From contig CAWGHO010000003.1 of assembly GCA_963822445.1 (NCBI GenBank), forward strand, positions 992,001-1,056,000: a stretch of DNA of 64,000 nt. The letters are read 5' to 3'. The position numbers were made by a program, and so were the translations under genes. The stretch comes from an uncultured Acidobacteriota bacterium (lineage in GTDB: Bacteria; Acidobacteriota; Thermoanaerobaculia; Gp7-AA8). Under the pieces are notes generated by a model. That model saw nothing but the letters and a program-made list of their open reading frames with translations. It searched no databases and was not told where the DNA came from. Below are positions 49,401 to 57,752 of the stretch, one piece after another (position 1 is the stretch's first letter; each line of letters opens with the position of its first letter).

Positions 49401-52400
49401 TGAAGGTCAGGTCTTCGTCGACGAGGGGACCGTTGGCCGAGGAGAGCTTCGCGGAGAAGCGCGCCTTCCGGCCGATCGATGCCCACACGTTCGCGGCGAC
49501 GAGCTGCGTATCGCCGTCGCACGACTCGAATTTGAACGGCTTGCCGACCAGCTCCTCGGTCAGACCGCGCTGGCATACACCCATTCCGCCTTCGACCTCA
49601 GGCCCTTCGGCAACGACCGTGTAGGTGTACGTGTTGCCTTTGACGGCGGTGGTGTCGAGGAACTTCGTGCCGGTGATGCAGCTCGATCCGGAGATGTTCA
49701 CGCCGTCGCGGAGGACGCGGTACTTGATCGTGCTCGCGGCGCCGCAAAGCATGGCCGCGGGCCAGGAGACCTCGATGCCGCACGCCGTCGGATTGACCTT
49801 CGCGCGCACGAAGCCGGCGTCGAAGTACGGATCCGTGTTCGTGCAGCCGGTGAACGTGATCTTGCTCGGGCGGGGGATTCCGTTCCGGGCGCTGTAGGTG
49901 TCGGTGGGGTCGTCGAGGGCCTGATGCTGGACCTTTTCGACCATGCCGGAGGGGTGGTAGGTGAGCGTCGCGAATCCTTCGACTTCGGTCAGACGGCCCG
50001 CGGTGCGGTTGTTCGTGACAGAAAACAGGCCGTCGTCGACTGCACAGACCGAATAGGTGCAGCGCGGCATGCGGATCGTGTCCGGCAACAGGTTCTCGTC
50101 GTAAGTGACGCCGTAGTCGAACTCCTGGATGGTGGTCGCGGTGCGGTTGTTCTGCCCGTCGTAGGCCGCGCGCTCGACCAGCGTCTTCCGCGTGTCGACC
50201 TTGCCGGTGGCGCCGTAAATGTAGCTCTCGGTGACCTCGATGTTGCCGTTCCCGGGCGAGGAAAGCCTGTTGTACCGGATCGCTTTCCTGAGCTTTCCAT
50301 CGTCCGCGCCGTCGACTTCGAACACGAATTTCTTGAGCGGACCGCTCGGGCCGGCCACTTCGACGAGACGCTCGGCGGAGTCGAAGGTGTAATCGGTCGT
50401 CACTCCGCCGATGGTGCGTTTCCAGGCGTGACCGCGCGCGTCGTAGTCCTCGTACGTGGTGTATTCGATGCCCGCCTGGTCGGGATCCTGGGTCTCGGGA
50501 TGCGATTCCTTTTCGAGGAAGCCGCGCTCGTCGTACGTGAAGGTACGCGTTTGGGTCACGTCTTCAGAGGCGCTCGCCACCTCAGCGGTGGTCGACACCT
50601 CGATCAGTCTGTCGTCGATGTTGTACGTGTAATCCGTGGTGACGGGACTCCCGCCGGGACCGGACCGTTGGATGACCGATTCGAGGCGGCCTTGTGCGTC
50701 GTAAAACTCGGTGACGACGACGTTCTCGCTTCCGCCGAGCGAGGTAGCCACGCCCTGCGCGCGGGTTTTCCTGCGGATGCCGGAGTATTCGAAAGTCGTC
50801 GTGGTGAGGTCGGGAGCGCGGACGGTTTTCTGGCGGTTGAAGGCGTCGTAGGTGACGTCCGTCGCGTCGCCGGAGACGTCGGAGAATGGATGCTGGGCGA
50901 GCTCGATCGGCTGGGTGACCGAAGCGGCTCGTCCGAGCGCGTCGTAATCGTTCTGCACCACCGCGACCTTGCCGTTCGGCAGGGTCTTGCTGGAGCGTTT
51001 CACGCGCCCGAGGCCGTCGTACTCATAGGTGTTCGTGGCGATGACGCCCGACGGGCCGGTGACCGTTTCGATCACGTGCGCATTCCGGCTGGCGGTGGAG
51101 TTCTCATACTCGTAGCTGGCCGTCGCACCGCCGGCGGGCTTCACCGATTTGAGGCGGACGGGCTTCGCTTCGTAGTCGTATGTGGTGGTGACCCCGGCGG
51201 TGTCTTTTTTCTTGACCACGACGCCGGTGAAGACGTCGACCCAGAGGTCGAGGCTTTTGAACGCGAGCTCCGTACCGTCCTCACGCTTGTAATACTTCGA
51301 CCAGACGGGGAAGCCGCCCGTGTAAAACTCCGTGCTGCTTCCCTCCACCGGCGTCAGGTAATGCGTCTCGACCTGGTACCAGGGCTGGCCGAGGGATGTG
51401 ATGCCGGTGCTGCAGTCGTGCGTCTCCGGCAGCGTGTTCTGCTTGTCACCGCCGAAGTTCTTCACGAACTCGATGTCGCCGAGGGTGGAGGGCTCGTAGA
51501 CAGTGAGCAGGTCGTTCTTGCTCGGTTTGGTCGAATCGACGAGCAGGCGGGTGCGCTCGAGGAAGCCGGTGGTCGCGTTGAAGCAGGCCAACTGGCGGCG
51601 TGTCTCGGTACCCTTCGAGACGTTGCGCTCGGTGAATAGTCCGGTGATCCAGACCTTGCTCTTGATGAACAGGTCGTCGTGCTCCCACTTGTCGTACTTG
51701 GTGATGGTGGTCTTCGATTCGGCGTCCGGGAAGTTGCTGCTCTGGACGACTTTCCCGTAAACGCCCGCGCCGTTGTCATCGAAGTGGTCGGTGGCGATGT
51801 AGCAGTCGCCATCGCAACCCGCGTCGTCCTGTTCGTGAAAGACGGTCTTGGATGACTGGAGCTGCTGCGCTCGATCCGTCCCATAGACGAGCGGATAGGC
51901 CGACCTGTCGACGCTCAGCGGATGGTTCTCGTATTTGGTGTGGGTCGAGCGTTCGAGCTTGCCGTTCGTGCAATCGCCGGCTGTCGTGCAACCCGAGTAG
52001 ACCTCGGTGGTCAGACGCCGTCCGTCGGCATCAGCGGCGTATTCGGCGTCGCCGAGGACCCTCGGTCCGAGAGGTCCCTTTCGAACGGCTGGTGATGACG
52101 TGACGATCGTTCCCGGATACCCGAACGCCATCCGTCCCTCGACCGCCCACGGATCGACGGGCCGCGGCTCATCGCCCGGGAACGGGACTCTGGGAGGACA
52201 CTCGCCGAAGCTCGTGTCGAAGTAGAAATCGAACGAATACGTGTCGAAGTAGTGATCGCTGCGTGTCCGGAACTTTGCACTGCCAACCCCTTCCTCCGGC
52301 GAGAGAACGGAGGTCCGAAACCAGTAATGGGGCAGGGCACTGCTCGCGCCGATCGGCGACACCAGACTGCAACAGTAGTTGGCCAGGGGGTCGGGAAAGG

Positions 52401-53577
52401 TGACGGGTGCGGCGTGACCGCCGTCGTGTACGTAGTCCCATCGGCGCTTGGTCAGCGGGTTTCCATCCGAGATGGTGCGGCTCTTGATCCCGGGGTCGGA
52501 CGTCCAGTCGGCGCAGGTCAGTTTTCCGGGGTGCACATATTCCTGATACTCGTAAACGGTGCTGCCACCGGTCGGCAGCACCATGCTGGCCATCGCGCCG
52601 AGCCGCGCCGGATTGGCGCCGGTCGGATCCGGATCGCTGTAGTAATTGAATTGAAAGCTGGAGCCATCCGGTTGCGCGACACTCGTCAGCATCGGCAGCG
52701 AAACGCGATCCTCTCCCAGCATGAGCCGCACCGACATGGTCGTATACGAGAAGTCGTACAGAGTCTTGGCGCCGCCGAAACCCATGTAGTCGATGTAGTC
52801 GACGATCGACCCGCGATCGACGCCCTCGTTGAGGTCCTCGTCGACTGCGTAGTGAATGACGTGCTCGGTAGCGGTCGAGTCGAGAATCGTCTGTTTCAGG
52901 ACACGGCGGTCGTCGTTCGCTTCGTCGTACTCGTAAGTGAATGTCACCCAGCTCCCGAAGCGATCGGAGATCTTCTTCAGACGATAGGCGTTGCGCTCCC
53001 ACTCGAAGCGGTGCCTTTCTCCTGAGGGAAACTCGACGTCATAGCTGGCTTTGGGACTGGCCGGAACCTTGACCAGCCGCAGTGCGGACGCATCCATCGA
53101 GACCATCACGTCTTCGGTGCCGTAAAAGCCATGCTCGTCGCCTGCGGCGCTCTCGTATACGAAGGCCTCGCGAGTCGATGTCGTCCTGGGAATGATGGTC
53201 GGGTCCGACGGCGGAAGGAGGCGACCGAACGTGAGGCGCCAACCCAGACCGGCGTTCGATCGGCGATTCGGCAACGACTCCGTGCAATACGGAACTCCCC
53301 ACGGCGCTGGAACGCAGCCTTCGACCGCTTCGTGATCCCACACCTTGCCGTTGTAGATGACCTGCATCTGGTACGACAGCGTCTTGCTGACCTGCTTCCG
53401 TGGCCCGATCGGCACGGTGAGCATCAGGTTTCCGTTGAACAGATTGACGGAGTCGATCTCCGAGTAGTCGTAGAGCTTTCCGGGCTGGAATCCGAGCTCC
53501 AGGTCCGGCCCTTTCTGTGCGACGGCCGGAACGGCCAGAGCGAGGATCAGTGCGGCGAGGGCGATCCGCTTTTTCAC
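43486..53577 (-). CDS. 3363-aa secreted RHS/YD-repeat protein fused to Ig/BACON-like, FG-GAP-like, nine tandem Ig-like and MBG-like domains; lacks the RHS core
   Basis: Signal peptide ...AVA|Q; VNLFNGNL; YDGLGRV, YDALGR, YDAQGRL; DLVWHNTVTGANEIW repeats; PAPIVYGTPLS repeats. Confidence 0.9.
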   Translation of the reverse strand: MKKRIALAALILALAVPAVAQKGPDLELGFQPGKLYDYSEIDSVNLFNGNLMLTVPIGPRKQVSKTLSYQMQVIYNGKVWDHEAVEGCVPAPWGVPYCTESLPNRRSNAGLGWRLTFGRLLPPSDPTIIPRTTSTREAFVYESAAGDEHGFYGTEDVMVSMDASALRLVKVPASPKASYDVEFPSGERHRFEWERNAYRLKKISDRFGSWVTFTYEYDEANDDRRVLKQTILDSTATEHVIHYAVDEDLNEGVDRGSIVDYIDYMGFGGAKTLYDFSYTTMSVRLMLGEDRVSLPMLTSVAQPDGSSFQFNYYSDPDPTGANPARLGAMASMVLPTGGSTVYEYQEYVHPGKLTCADWTSDPGIKSRTISDGNPLTKRRWDYVHDGGHAAPVTFPDPLANYCCSLVSPIGASSALPHYWFRTSVLSPEEGVGSAKFRTRSDHYFDTYSFDFYFDTSFGECPPRVPFPGDEPRPVDPWAVEGRMAFGYPGTIVTSSPAVRKGPLGPRVLGDAEYAADADGRRLTTEVYSGCTTAGDCTNGKLERSTHTKYENHPLSVDRSAYPLVYGTDRAQQLQSSKTVFHEQDDAGCDGDCYIATDHFDDNGAGVYGKVVQSSNFPDAESKTTITKYDKWEHDDLFIKSKVWITGLFTERNVSKGTETRRQLACFNATTGFLERTRLLVDSTKPSKNDLLTVYEPSTLGDIEFVKNFGGDKQNTLPETHDCSTGITSLGQPWYQVETHYLTPVEGSSTEFYTGGFPVWSKYYKREDGTELAFKSLDLWVDVFTGVVVKKKDTAGVTTTYDYEAKPVRLKSVKPAGGATASYEYENSTASRNAHVIETVTGPSGVIATNTYEYDGLGRVKRSSKTLPNGKVAVVQNDYDALGRAASVTQPIELAQHPFSDVSGDATDVTYDAFNRQKTVRAPDLTTTTFEYSGIRRKTRAQGVATSLGGSENVVVTEFYDAQGRLESVIQRSGPGGSPVTTDYTYNIDDRLIEVSTTAEVASASEDVTQTRTFTYDERGFLEKESHPETQDPDQAGIEYTTYEDYDARGHAWKRTIGGVTTDYTFDSAERLVEVAGPSGPLKKFVFEVDGADDGKLRKAIRYNRLSSPGNGNIEVTESYIYGATGKVDTRKTLVERAAYDGQNNRTATTIQEFDYGVTYDENLLPDTIRMPRCTYSVCAVDDGLFSVTNNRTAGRLTEVEGFATLTYHPSGMVEKVQHQALDDPTDTYSARNGIPRPSKITFTGCTNTDPYFDAGFVRAKVNPTACGIEVSWPAAMLCGAASTIKYRVLRDGVNISGSSCITGTKFLDTTAVKGNTYTYTVVAEGPEVEGGMGVCQRGLTEELVGKPFKFESCDGDTQLVAANVWASIGRKARFSAKLSSANGPLVDEDLTFSVLGTPIGTAKTGPTGEAVLEYTLDLAQATHKDGVTVSYAGGLFPAETDTADITIICDFMSYTVVPSFMNVGAAGGIFAVAVNTSNRCSWEPMNPSGFLSNRVGPIVKKQGYGEFNVDVPALGGSGQRSDNVWVDFDYNTKNIPVEQGSDCTFRFSTSPVFIPYKFAFDGSVNVIAPAECEWTVTDDQDWLDLISWSGKGNGIVSFRADVNNGKQRMATLSINGGVETARVNQEAPPPVVCPTMVSDLEDGGTVRNGQNVSLRIHVEGTYLNYRWYANGRKIRDCPNDDCSALTLAPGDAGYPDDGETVTYVATVDNEWCEGVVSKSVTFRNAGSSCSVPLITNSFPWGLNQAPGDHLIFGHSSEIKLWANASGTWQWYRGKAGDESDPISAADGGNTDTATVRPHGMTFYWAKVTNSCGSQISRTAAAFFYQQPRQRRRSVSKSFNGDVVADLVWHNTVTGANEIWTLDAKGNRLQTFGLPVNTKPGMRLQSVGDIDDSERPDLVWRDPETGANEVWRMSGTTPIQPPQPIELRKDGPWTIGGVADLDDDYNDDIVWHNEATGENEIWFMDGADREGTWALPANSGQGWGLHGADDFSGDGRPDLFFHNRNTGENSIWVMNDAKQGPQITPQGDKMGRSPLRRLEAAIKPLATTLDPNWMPAVIGNFDGDSLGRPDIVWRNVVTGEHKVWVMSGLYIDPDPEKAVTIDKREDLNWQIGGGGSTVAGPSGTGTDPRTATSIAVVADPPTVGTAVAVTATLAAGSTPLAQRELVFALNGSEFARLRTDATGLVQAAKSVAGIAAGTYPNAITVRFDGDTTHNASSSTTNLVVTAAPATVTWTDPAPIGYGTPLSAAQLNATADVPGTFVYTPPAGTILNAGYQTLGVTFTPADATLAPITKNALLIVQKALSSVTWASPEAIKYGAPLGSAQLNATSNLAGEFTYDPEPGTLLAVGNAQTLRVTFEPESPNHSLSTATTTIDVGKGEQIIRWSDPATMPFGDALTAAQLNAAVITSGPAPAGALTYTPPAGTLLPEGTHELKVSAAGTDHYNSATATVDVVVARSSALVTWNNPAPIVYGTPLSSTQLNATTNVPGTFAYTPPAGTILSAGTERLAVVFTPADSRYQPATAFVTIEITKATPVATWSAPAPIVYGSPLSATQLNATTSIPGQFAYTPKLGSVLDAGRHELTAKLIPGDVRNYESVTLKVFLDVAKAEQIITWPQPAPIVYGTPLSSTQLAATVTVVGPSPAGAVTYSPAAGTVLQAGAGQALSVSVAATPNYNAAGKTVTLDVLKATPVLTWPQPAPIVYKALLGATQLNATANVPGTLIYTPPAGTLLEAGLHTLTASFTPTDTGNYNDASTTTTLEVQKADPVLAWSKPAEIVYGTALSSTQLNATADVPGTFDYTPAAGTILDAGTGHTLSAHFTPSDTRNYNEGDIATTIDVAKAPQTIVWTAPVPIVYGTALSATQLNAAVQVVGPAAHGALTYTPPAGTVLDAGGQVLSVAVAETPNYLPASASVTLDVLRAPLSLVVDAKSKLYGAPVPALTGVLTGVVNNDPIAPSYATTATHESVTGTYPITATLVDPNNRLVNYDVTITPSTLTVLPAPLTIAANPASKQYSDPLPQLTATFTGFVLGETPAVLTGVLSIQTTAERLSPPGTYPITIGGLTSSNYAITYVGSTFTVTAEDARVLITSPAFIGGARSGLTSVTLAATVRDISVTAEANGDVDAGDIRTATLTFVDRSTDTVLCTAPIGLLVATDERTGVATCTFTRDFGTTLPALLTVGARVGGHYTRDAAAEDLAMTIATPTEDSLNGGGSAGVASAAGPYAPQTATSLRFNVNLQYDKDAVLKGKLTFAFTRTEGEVARSYELTAAPVSMSIRRTAAGGLATIVGTATLRDVTDSTAPAVIVDGAPLVVTATDAGEPSVNDAVSVVLLKRDGGIWLATGWDGLRAVEQRVGQGNVQVVGKK
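44821..46893 (-). repeat. Nine ~76-aa intragenic repeats arranged as (A-A-B)x3
   Basis: TWxxPAPIVYGxxLxxxQLNA...YTPPAGTxLxAG; repeats 3, 6 and 9 carry a GPxxxGA insert. Confidence 0.85.
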
Positions 53578-54215
53578 TTGCCCACCTCGCCCAGGAAGAC
53601 GTCGAGATGTCCGAGATCGACGGCTACGACCACGTCGCCGGCCTTGAGATGCTTCGGCGCCTTTTCCTTCCCTTCCTCGAGCGGCTTGGCGTCCTCGAAG
53701 GCCATCGAAAGGCGGCCGTTGGCCTCCTTGTCGCGATCGGCGCTTCCTCCTTCACGTCCCCGAAGAGTCCACGCTCCTTTTTCCGGACGAACGACGAGGA
53801 GCATCAGGCGGAGGATCCGCTTCTCCAGCGTCGCGATCTGGTCGTCGGCGTCCTTGCGGAGCATTGGTGCGAGCGGCGCGACGTAAAGCGGAAAGCCCTC
53901 CCGCGCGCCCGTGGCCACGGCTCCGGTCTTGTAGTCGACCGCGATCCATACCGAGACGTACGGCACCGGGCCGGGCAAAGAGACCACGCCGTCGCCGTCG
54001 TCGTCGCGGAGAAGCCGCGGCCGCGAGTCGTTCACGCCCTGCCCGTTGCGCACGTATTTGGCGTACGAGAAGAGCACAACGTCACCACCGGGTGTGAGGT
54101 TGGAGACCCGCACGCTGTCTTCGCCGACTTGCAGCGCCAGAGGTGCGCTCTGGGCGAGTGCCGCAGGAGCGAGTGCAATGAGGACGAGGAGGGAGAAGAA
54201 GGACAGAGTCCGCAT
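53574..54215 (-). CDS. Secreted hypothetical protein heading the RHS operon
   Basis: Signal peptide ...ALA|Q; GTGA overlap with the giant gene. Confidence 0.75.
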   Translation of the reverse strand: MRTLSFFSLLVLIALAPAALAQSAPLALQVGEDSVRVSNLTPGGDVVLFSYAKYVRNGQGVNDSRPRLLRDDDGDGVVSLPGPVPYVSVWIAVDYKTGAVATGAREGFPLYVAPLAPMLRKDADDQIATLEKRILRLMLLVVRPEKGAWTLRGREGGSADRDKEANGRLSMAFEDAKPLEEGKEKAPKHLKAGDVVVAVDLGHLDVFLGEVGK

Positions 54216-54495
54216 AGATCGATTCTCGAATCGTGAAGAGATGGCAATTGCGGAGCTGAGCGCGCGCCGGAACGGCGGGCGAGGATCAGCGACACGAACG
54301 GCCGCGCTCTGATTTAGTTGTTGCCTGCTGACGGAAGGACCGGCGCGGAGGAAATCATGCGTGACTGTTAGCGGTCAAGAATTATTACCGGACCGGCCGG
54401 TCAGTATTGGCAGGGCTGTCGAGCGTCTTCTTCCTTGTGTGCATCGTGTGTCCGAGGTAGCCTCGGCGCGGGACTTCCGCTGGGTCGTCAACACC

Positions 54496-56013
54496 ATGCT
54501 TTCCAAAGTATGGAGCGCGGCCACCCTCGGAATTGAAGCAGTACGGATCGTCATCGAAGTCGACGCGCGGGTTGCCCAGCAGCCCGGATTCACGCTGGTC
54601 GGCTTACCGGACCCGGTCGTGCGCGAGTCGTACTCGCGCGTGCGTTCGGCGCTCGCCAATTGCGGGCTGTATGTCCCGTGTCGGTTCATCACCGTCAACC
54701 TCTCGCCGGCCGACGTGCGCAAGGAGGGTTCTGGTTTCGACCTGCCCATCGCCATCGGCATCCTGCACGCGCTGGAAGTGCTGCGGGACGAGCACGTCGC
54801 TGACCGCGTGTTCGTCGGCGAGCTGTCGCTCGATGGAACGCTGACTCCCGTTCGCGGAACGCTGTCGATTTCCGCGGCGCTCGCAGGCGATCGGGGAACG
54901 CGCGAGTTGATCGTGCCCGCGCCGAATGCGAATGAAGCGGCGGCCGTGCAGAAGATGTGCGTCATCGGTGCGCCGCATCTGCTAGCGCTTCTGCAACATT
55001 TGCGCGGTGAGGTCGCGATCGAGCCGGCGATCTCGACATCGAATGGCGGACCGGCGGTGGAAGGGGCGGACTTCTCTGAAGTTCGCGGCCAGGCTCAGGC
55101 CAAGCGCGCGCTGGAAGTCGCGGCGGCCGGCGGGCACAACGTGATGATGATCGGCCCGCCGGGCTCGGGAAAGACGATGCTGGCCAAGCGGCTCTCGACG
55201 ATTCTGCCGCGGCTCACGCTGGAGGAAGCGATCGTCACGACGAAGATCCACTCCGTTGCCGGCGTGCTTCCGCGCGAGAGCGGGCTGCTCGTCCGGCGAC
55301 CGTTTCGCGCGCCGCATCACACGATCTCCACGGCAGGACTGGCGGGAGGAGGCACGCCGGTGCGACCGGGCGAGGTGAGTCTCGCGCATCACGGCGTGTT
55401 GTTCCTCGACGAGTTGCCGGAGTTTCGCCGCGAGACGCTCGAAGTGATGCGCCAGCCAATGGAGGACGGCGCGGTAACGATTGCCCGCGCCGCGCGAACG
55501 GTGACGTTCCCGGCGCGCTTCACGCTCGCCGGCGCGTTGAATCCATGCCCGTGTGGATTTTTCAACGACGGCCGCCGCGAATGCATCTGTTCGCAACAGC
55601 AGATCTCGCGTTACCTGGCGAAGATCTCCGGCCCGCTCCTCGATCGGATCGATCTGCAGGTGGAAGTCGCGGCGTTGACGAGCGAAGAGATCGCGTCCGT
55701 CGAGCCGGGCGAGCCATCCGCGGCGATCCGCGAGCGCGTCGAAGCCGCGCGACAGATTCAGCGCGCGCGCTTCCGCCGCTGCAACGCGGACATGACTTCG
55801 CGCGATCTGCGCAAGTACTGCGAGCTCGATCCACGATCGAGAAAGTTGCTGATTTCCGCTATCGATCGGCTGGGCCTTTCGGCCCGCGCGTACGACCGGA
55901 TCCTGAAAGTGTCGCGAACAATTGCTGATCTTTCCGGGGTGGAGCGGATCGAGTCCGGCCATGTGGCTGAGGCCGTTCAGTACCGGGCGCTGGATCGCGC
56001 GTACTTTCGTTAG
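54496..56013 (+). CDS. comM: YifB/ComM family Mg-chelatase-like AAA+ ATPase
   Basis: VGLPD, NLSPADVRKEGSGFDLPIA, GPPGSGKT, PFRAPHH, NPCPCG, ISGPLLDRID. Confidence 0.93.
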   Translation: MLSKVWSAATLGIEAVRIVIEVDARVAQQPGFTLVGLPDPVVRESYSRVRSALANCGLYVPCRFITVNLSPADVRKEGSGFDLPIAIGILHALEVLRDEHVADRVFVGELSLDGTLTPVRGTLSISAALAGDRGTRELIVPAPNANEAAAVQKMCVIGAPHLLALLQHLRGEVAIEPAISTSNGGPAVEGADFSEVRGQAQAKRALEVAAAGGHNVMMIGPPGSGKTMLAKRLSTILPRLTLEEAIVTTKIHSVAGVLPRESGLLVRRPFRAPHHTISTAGLAGGGTPVRPGEVSLAHHGVLFLDELPEFRRETLEVMRQPMEDGAVTIARAARTVTFPARFTLAGALNPCPCGFFNDGRRECICSQQQISRYLAKISGPLLDRIDLQVEVAALTSEEIASVEPGEPSAAIRERVEAARQIQRARFRRCNADMTSRDLRKYCELDPRSRKLLISAIDRLGLSARAYDRILKVSRTIADLSGVERIESGHVAEAVQYRALDRAYFR

Positions 56014-56149
56014 TAGCAATGATTTCAACAACTTAGGAGGAATCAGCACGCGTCTTGCGACGGGCCATTCGGGCGGCGATTTCAAGTTACTTGGAGAATA
56101 CAGACGCCGTTCGTGACGTTTTCCGAACGCGAAACAGTGCAATTAATGG

Positions 56150-56177
56150 TTGACAAAAAGGTTCCGGATTTTATGAT
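56150..56177 (+). promoter_or_regulatory. Near-consensus sigma-70 promoter with AT-rich upstream region
   Basis: TTGACA-N16-TATGAT. Confidence 0.7.
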
Positions 56178-56224
56178 CGTGTCCTGTACACCTGGTGGGT
56201 CCGTGAAGGGTGAGGAGTCGGTCT

Positions 56225-56605
56225 ATGGCTTTTGAGAAGTGGGAGCCGCAACCCGAGTTCGAGCGATTTCCTGCTTCAGCGACGATCGTTCAGTCGCGCT
56301 TGATTCGACTTCCATCGCCCGTGGCCAACATGCTCAGGCTTCGGGGCAAGGTCAGCGCGAACCTCTACTACGACAAGAAACGCAAGGTCATCGGCATCAA
56401 GCCCCTCGACCGCAAGGAAGAAGGGGCGGCCAAGATCAGGCAGTCCGACAAGTCGACGTCCATCCACGTGCCTGCGTTCTTCCGCACGTACGACATCGAG
56501 GTTCCGGGCATCAAGCGCTTCCACTGCTGGTACGACGAGAAGGAGCGCATGGCCATGATCGACATTTCCCGGCCGTCGCCCCGCGGACGTCCGGCCGGGA
56601 CCTGA
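56225..56605 (+). CDS. Basic hypothetical protein with C-terminal AT-hook-like PRGRP
   Basis: GAGGAG SD; own promoter; 126 aa, K/R-rich. Confidence 0.72.
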   Translation: MAFEKWEPQPEFERFPASATIVQSRLIRLPSPVANMLRLRGKVSANLYYDKKRKVIGIKPLDRKEEGAAKIRQSDKSTSIHVPAFFRTYDIEVPGIKRFHCWYDEKERMAMIDISRPSPRGRPAGT

Positions 56606-56614
56606 GCCCGCGCG

Positions 56615-57163
56615 CTACGCGGGCGCCGCGGCCGGTGTTCCGTCCTCCGGCTTCTTCCGCAGAATCCCCGCCGAGATCAGGGTCACGAGCAACCCGAGCG
56701 GGAACACCTCCAGGAACGTGATCCCCACGTTCAGGAACGGGTTTTTGTACCACTGCTTGAAGGACTCCATCTGCTTCTCGGTCGCGGCGATCTTCTCCGG
56801 AGGCGCGCCTTCCTTGCGCATCCGATCGAGCGTGAGCGCGGCGTACTTGTCCCCGAAGTCGGGGATGAAGCCCCAGTACACGATCTCCCAGCCGATCACG
56901 TAGACCGCGCAGGTGACGAGGGTGATCAGGATGCCCACCTTGAACGCGCGTCCGAAGGTGATGGCGCCGCCGGTCTTCTCGCGGTAGTGGCGGATGCCCA
57001 GGAACACGGCCAGGAACGACAGGAACATCGCCGAGTAGCCGATCCACTCGCTGTTCGAGAAATCGATCGTGCCGTTGAAGCACAGCGGCAGCAGGATCGC
57101 CGTCAGCGCGGCGAGGATCCCCCCCGAAATCAGTCCAAAGGTCAGTACGGTTCGTTTCAACAT
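56615..57163 (-). CDS. DUF4199-like membrane protein
   Basis: Four TM segments; GIRHYRE...ITFGRAFKVG; GGAGG SD. Confidence 0.8.
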   Translation of the reverse strand: MLKRTVLTFGLISGGILAALTAILLPLCFNGTIDFSNSEWIGYSAMFLSFLAVFLGIRHYREKTGGAITFGRAFKVGILITLVTCAVYVIGWEIVYWGFIPDFGDKYAALTLDRMRKEGAPPEKIAATEKQMESFKQWYKNPFLNVGITFLEVFPLGLLVTLISAGILRKKPEDGTPAAAPA

Positions 57164-57254
57164 TTCTTTCCTCCGTTTCTGGCCGCAAGGTAGAGCCGCG
57201 GGTGGCCCGTCGTCGGCCTACTTTCGGGTGATTTCGGGTCAACGAAAGTATGAA

Positions 57255-57698
57255 TCAGGGGATGAGGCCCAGTTCCTTGCCCTTTTGAATGGCCTGGAAC
57301 CGGCGATTCACGCTCATCTTCTCGAACAGCCTCGAGGAATGGGTCTTGACGGTGTTCTCCGACACGAACAGCCGCTCGCCGATCTCCCGGTTGCTCAGCC
57401 CTTCGGCGATCAGGCCGAGGATCTCGTGCTCGCGCGGGGTGATGCCGAGCTCCTTCAGCTTTTCGGCGTTCAGCGAAAACGGACCGCTGTCCGAAACCCG
57501 CACTTCCTTCACCACCGTGATTTCCTTCGGCCGGGTGAGCTTCAGGCCGACGTAGATGCCGACCGCGGTGAAGATCAGCGCGACCAGGCCGCCGTAGATC
57601 TCGGTGGTGTAGGCCCGCACGAAATACTGGTACTCGATGAACTTGAGCACCGCGATGCCAATGCCGCCGATCGCGCCGTAGAGGAGTGCCCGTTTCAA
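57255..57698 (-). CDS. Membrane-anchored LuxR-type HTH regulator
   Basis: Two TM segments then ITPREHEILGLIAEGLSNREIGERLFVSENTVKTH; TTG start inferred. Confidence 0.85.
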   Translation of the reverse strand: MKRALLYGAIGGIGIAVLKFIEYQYFVRAYTTEIYGGLVALIFTAVGIYVGLKLTRPKEITVVKEVRVSDSGPFSLNAEKLKELGITPREHEILGLIAEGLSNREIGERLFVSENTVKTHSSRLFEKMSVNRRFQAIQKGKELGLIP

Positions 57699-57719
57699 GT
57701 GGGGGTCAGTGTAGTGGGG

Positions 57720-57749
57720 ATGCGGGGCGGGCGGAGGCCCGCCCCACAT
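57720..57749. repeat. REP-like GC hairpin / possible terminator
   Basis: atgcggggcgggc-ggag-gcccgccccacat. Confidence 0.55.
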
Positions 57750-57752
57750 TCA

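Noticed and set aside
48184-51639. 1151-aa plus-strand ORF and other long antisense ORFs (e.g. 6151-8310, 8434-10491, 18092-19975, 41945-44023, 43528-45702)
   Set aside because: Shadow frames opposite well-supported genes in high-GC DNA; no recognisable motifs
54496-56013. comM as integration site of the RHS locus
   Set aside because: comM appears intact; no recombinase or duplicated comM fragment was seen
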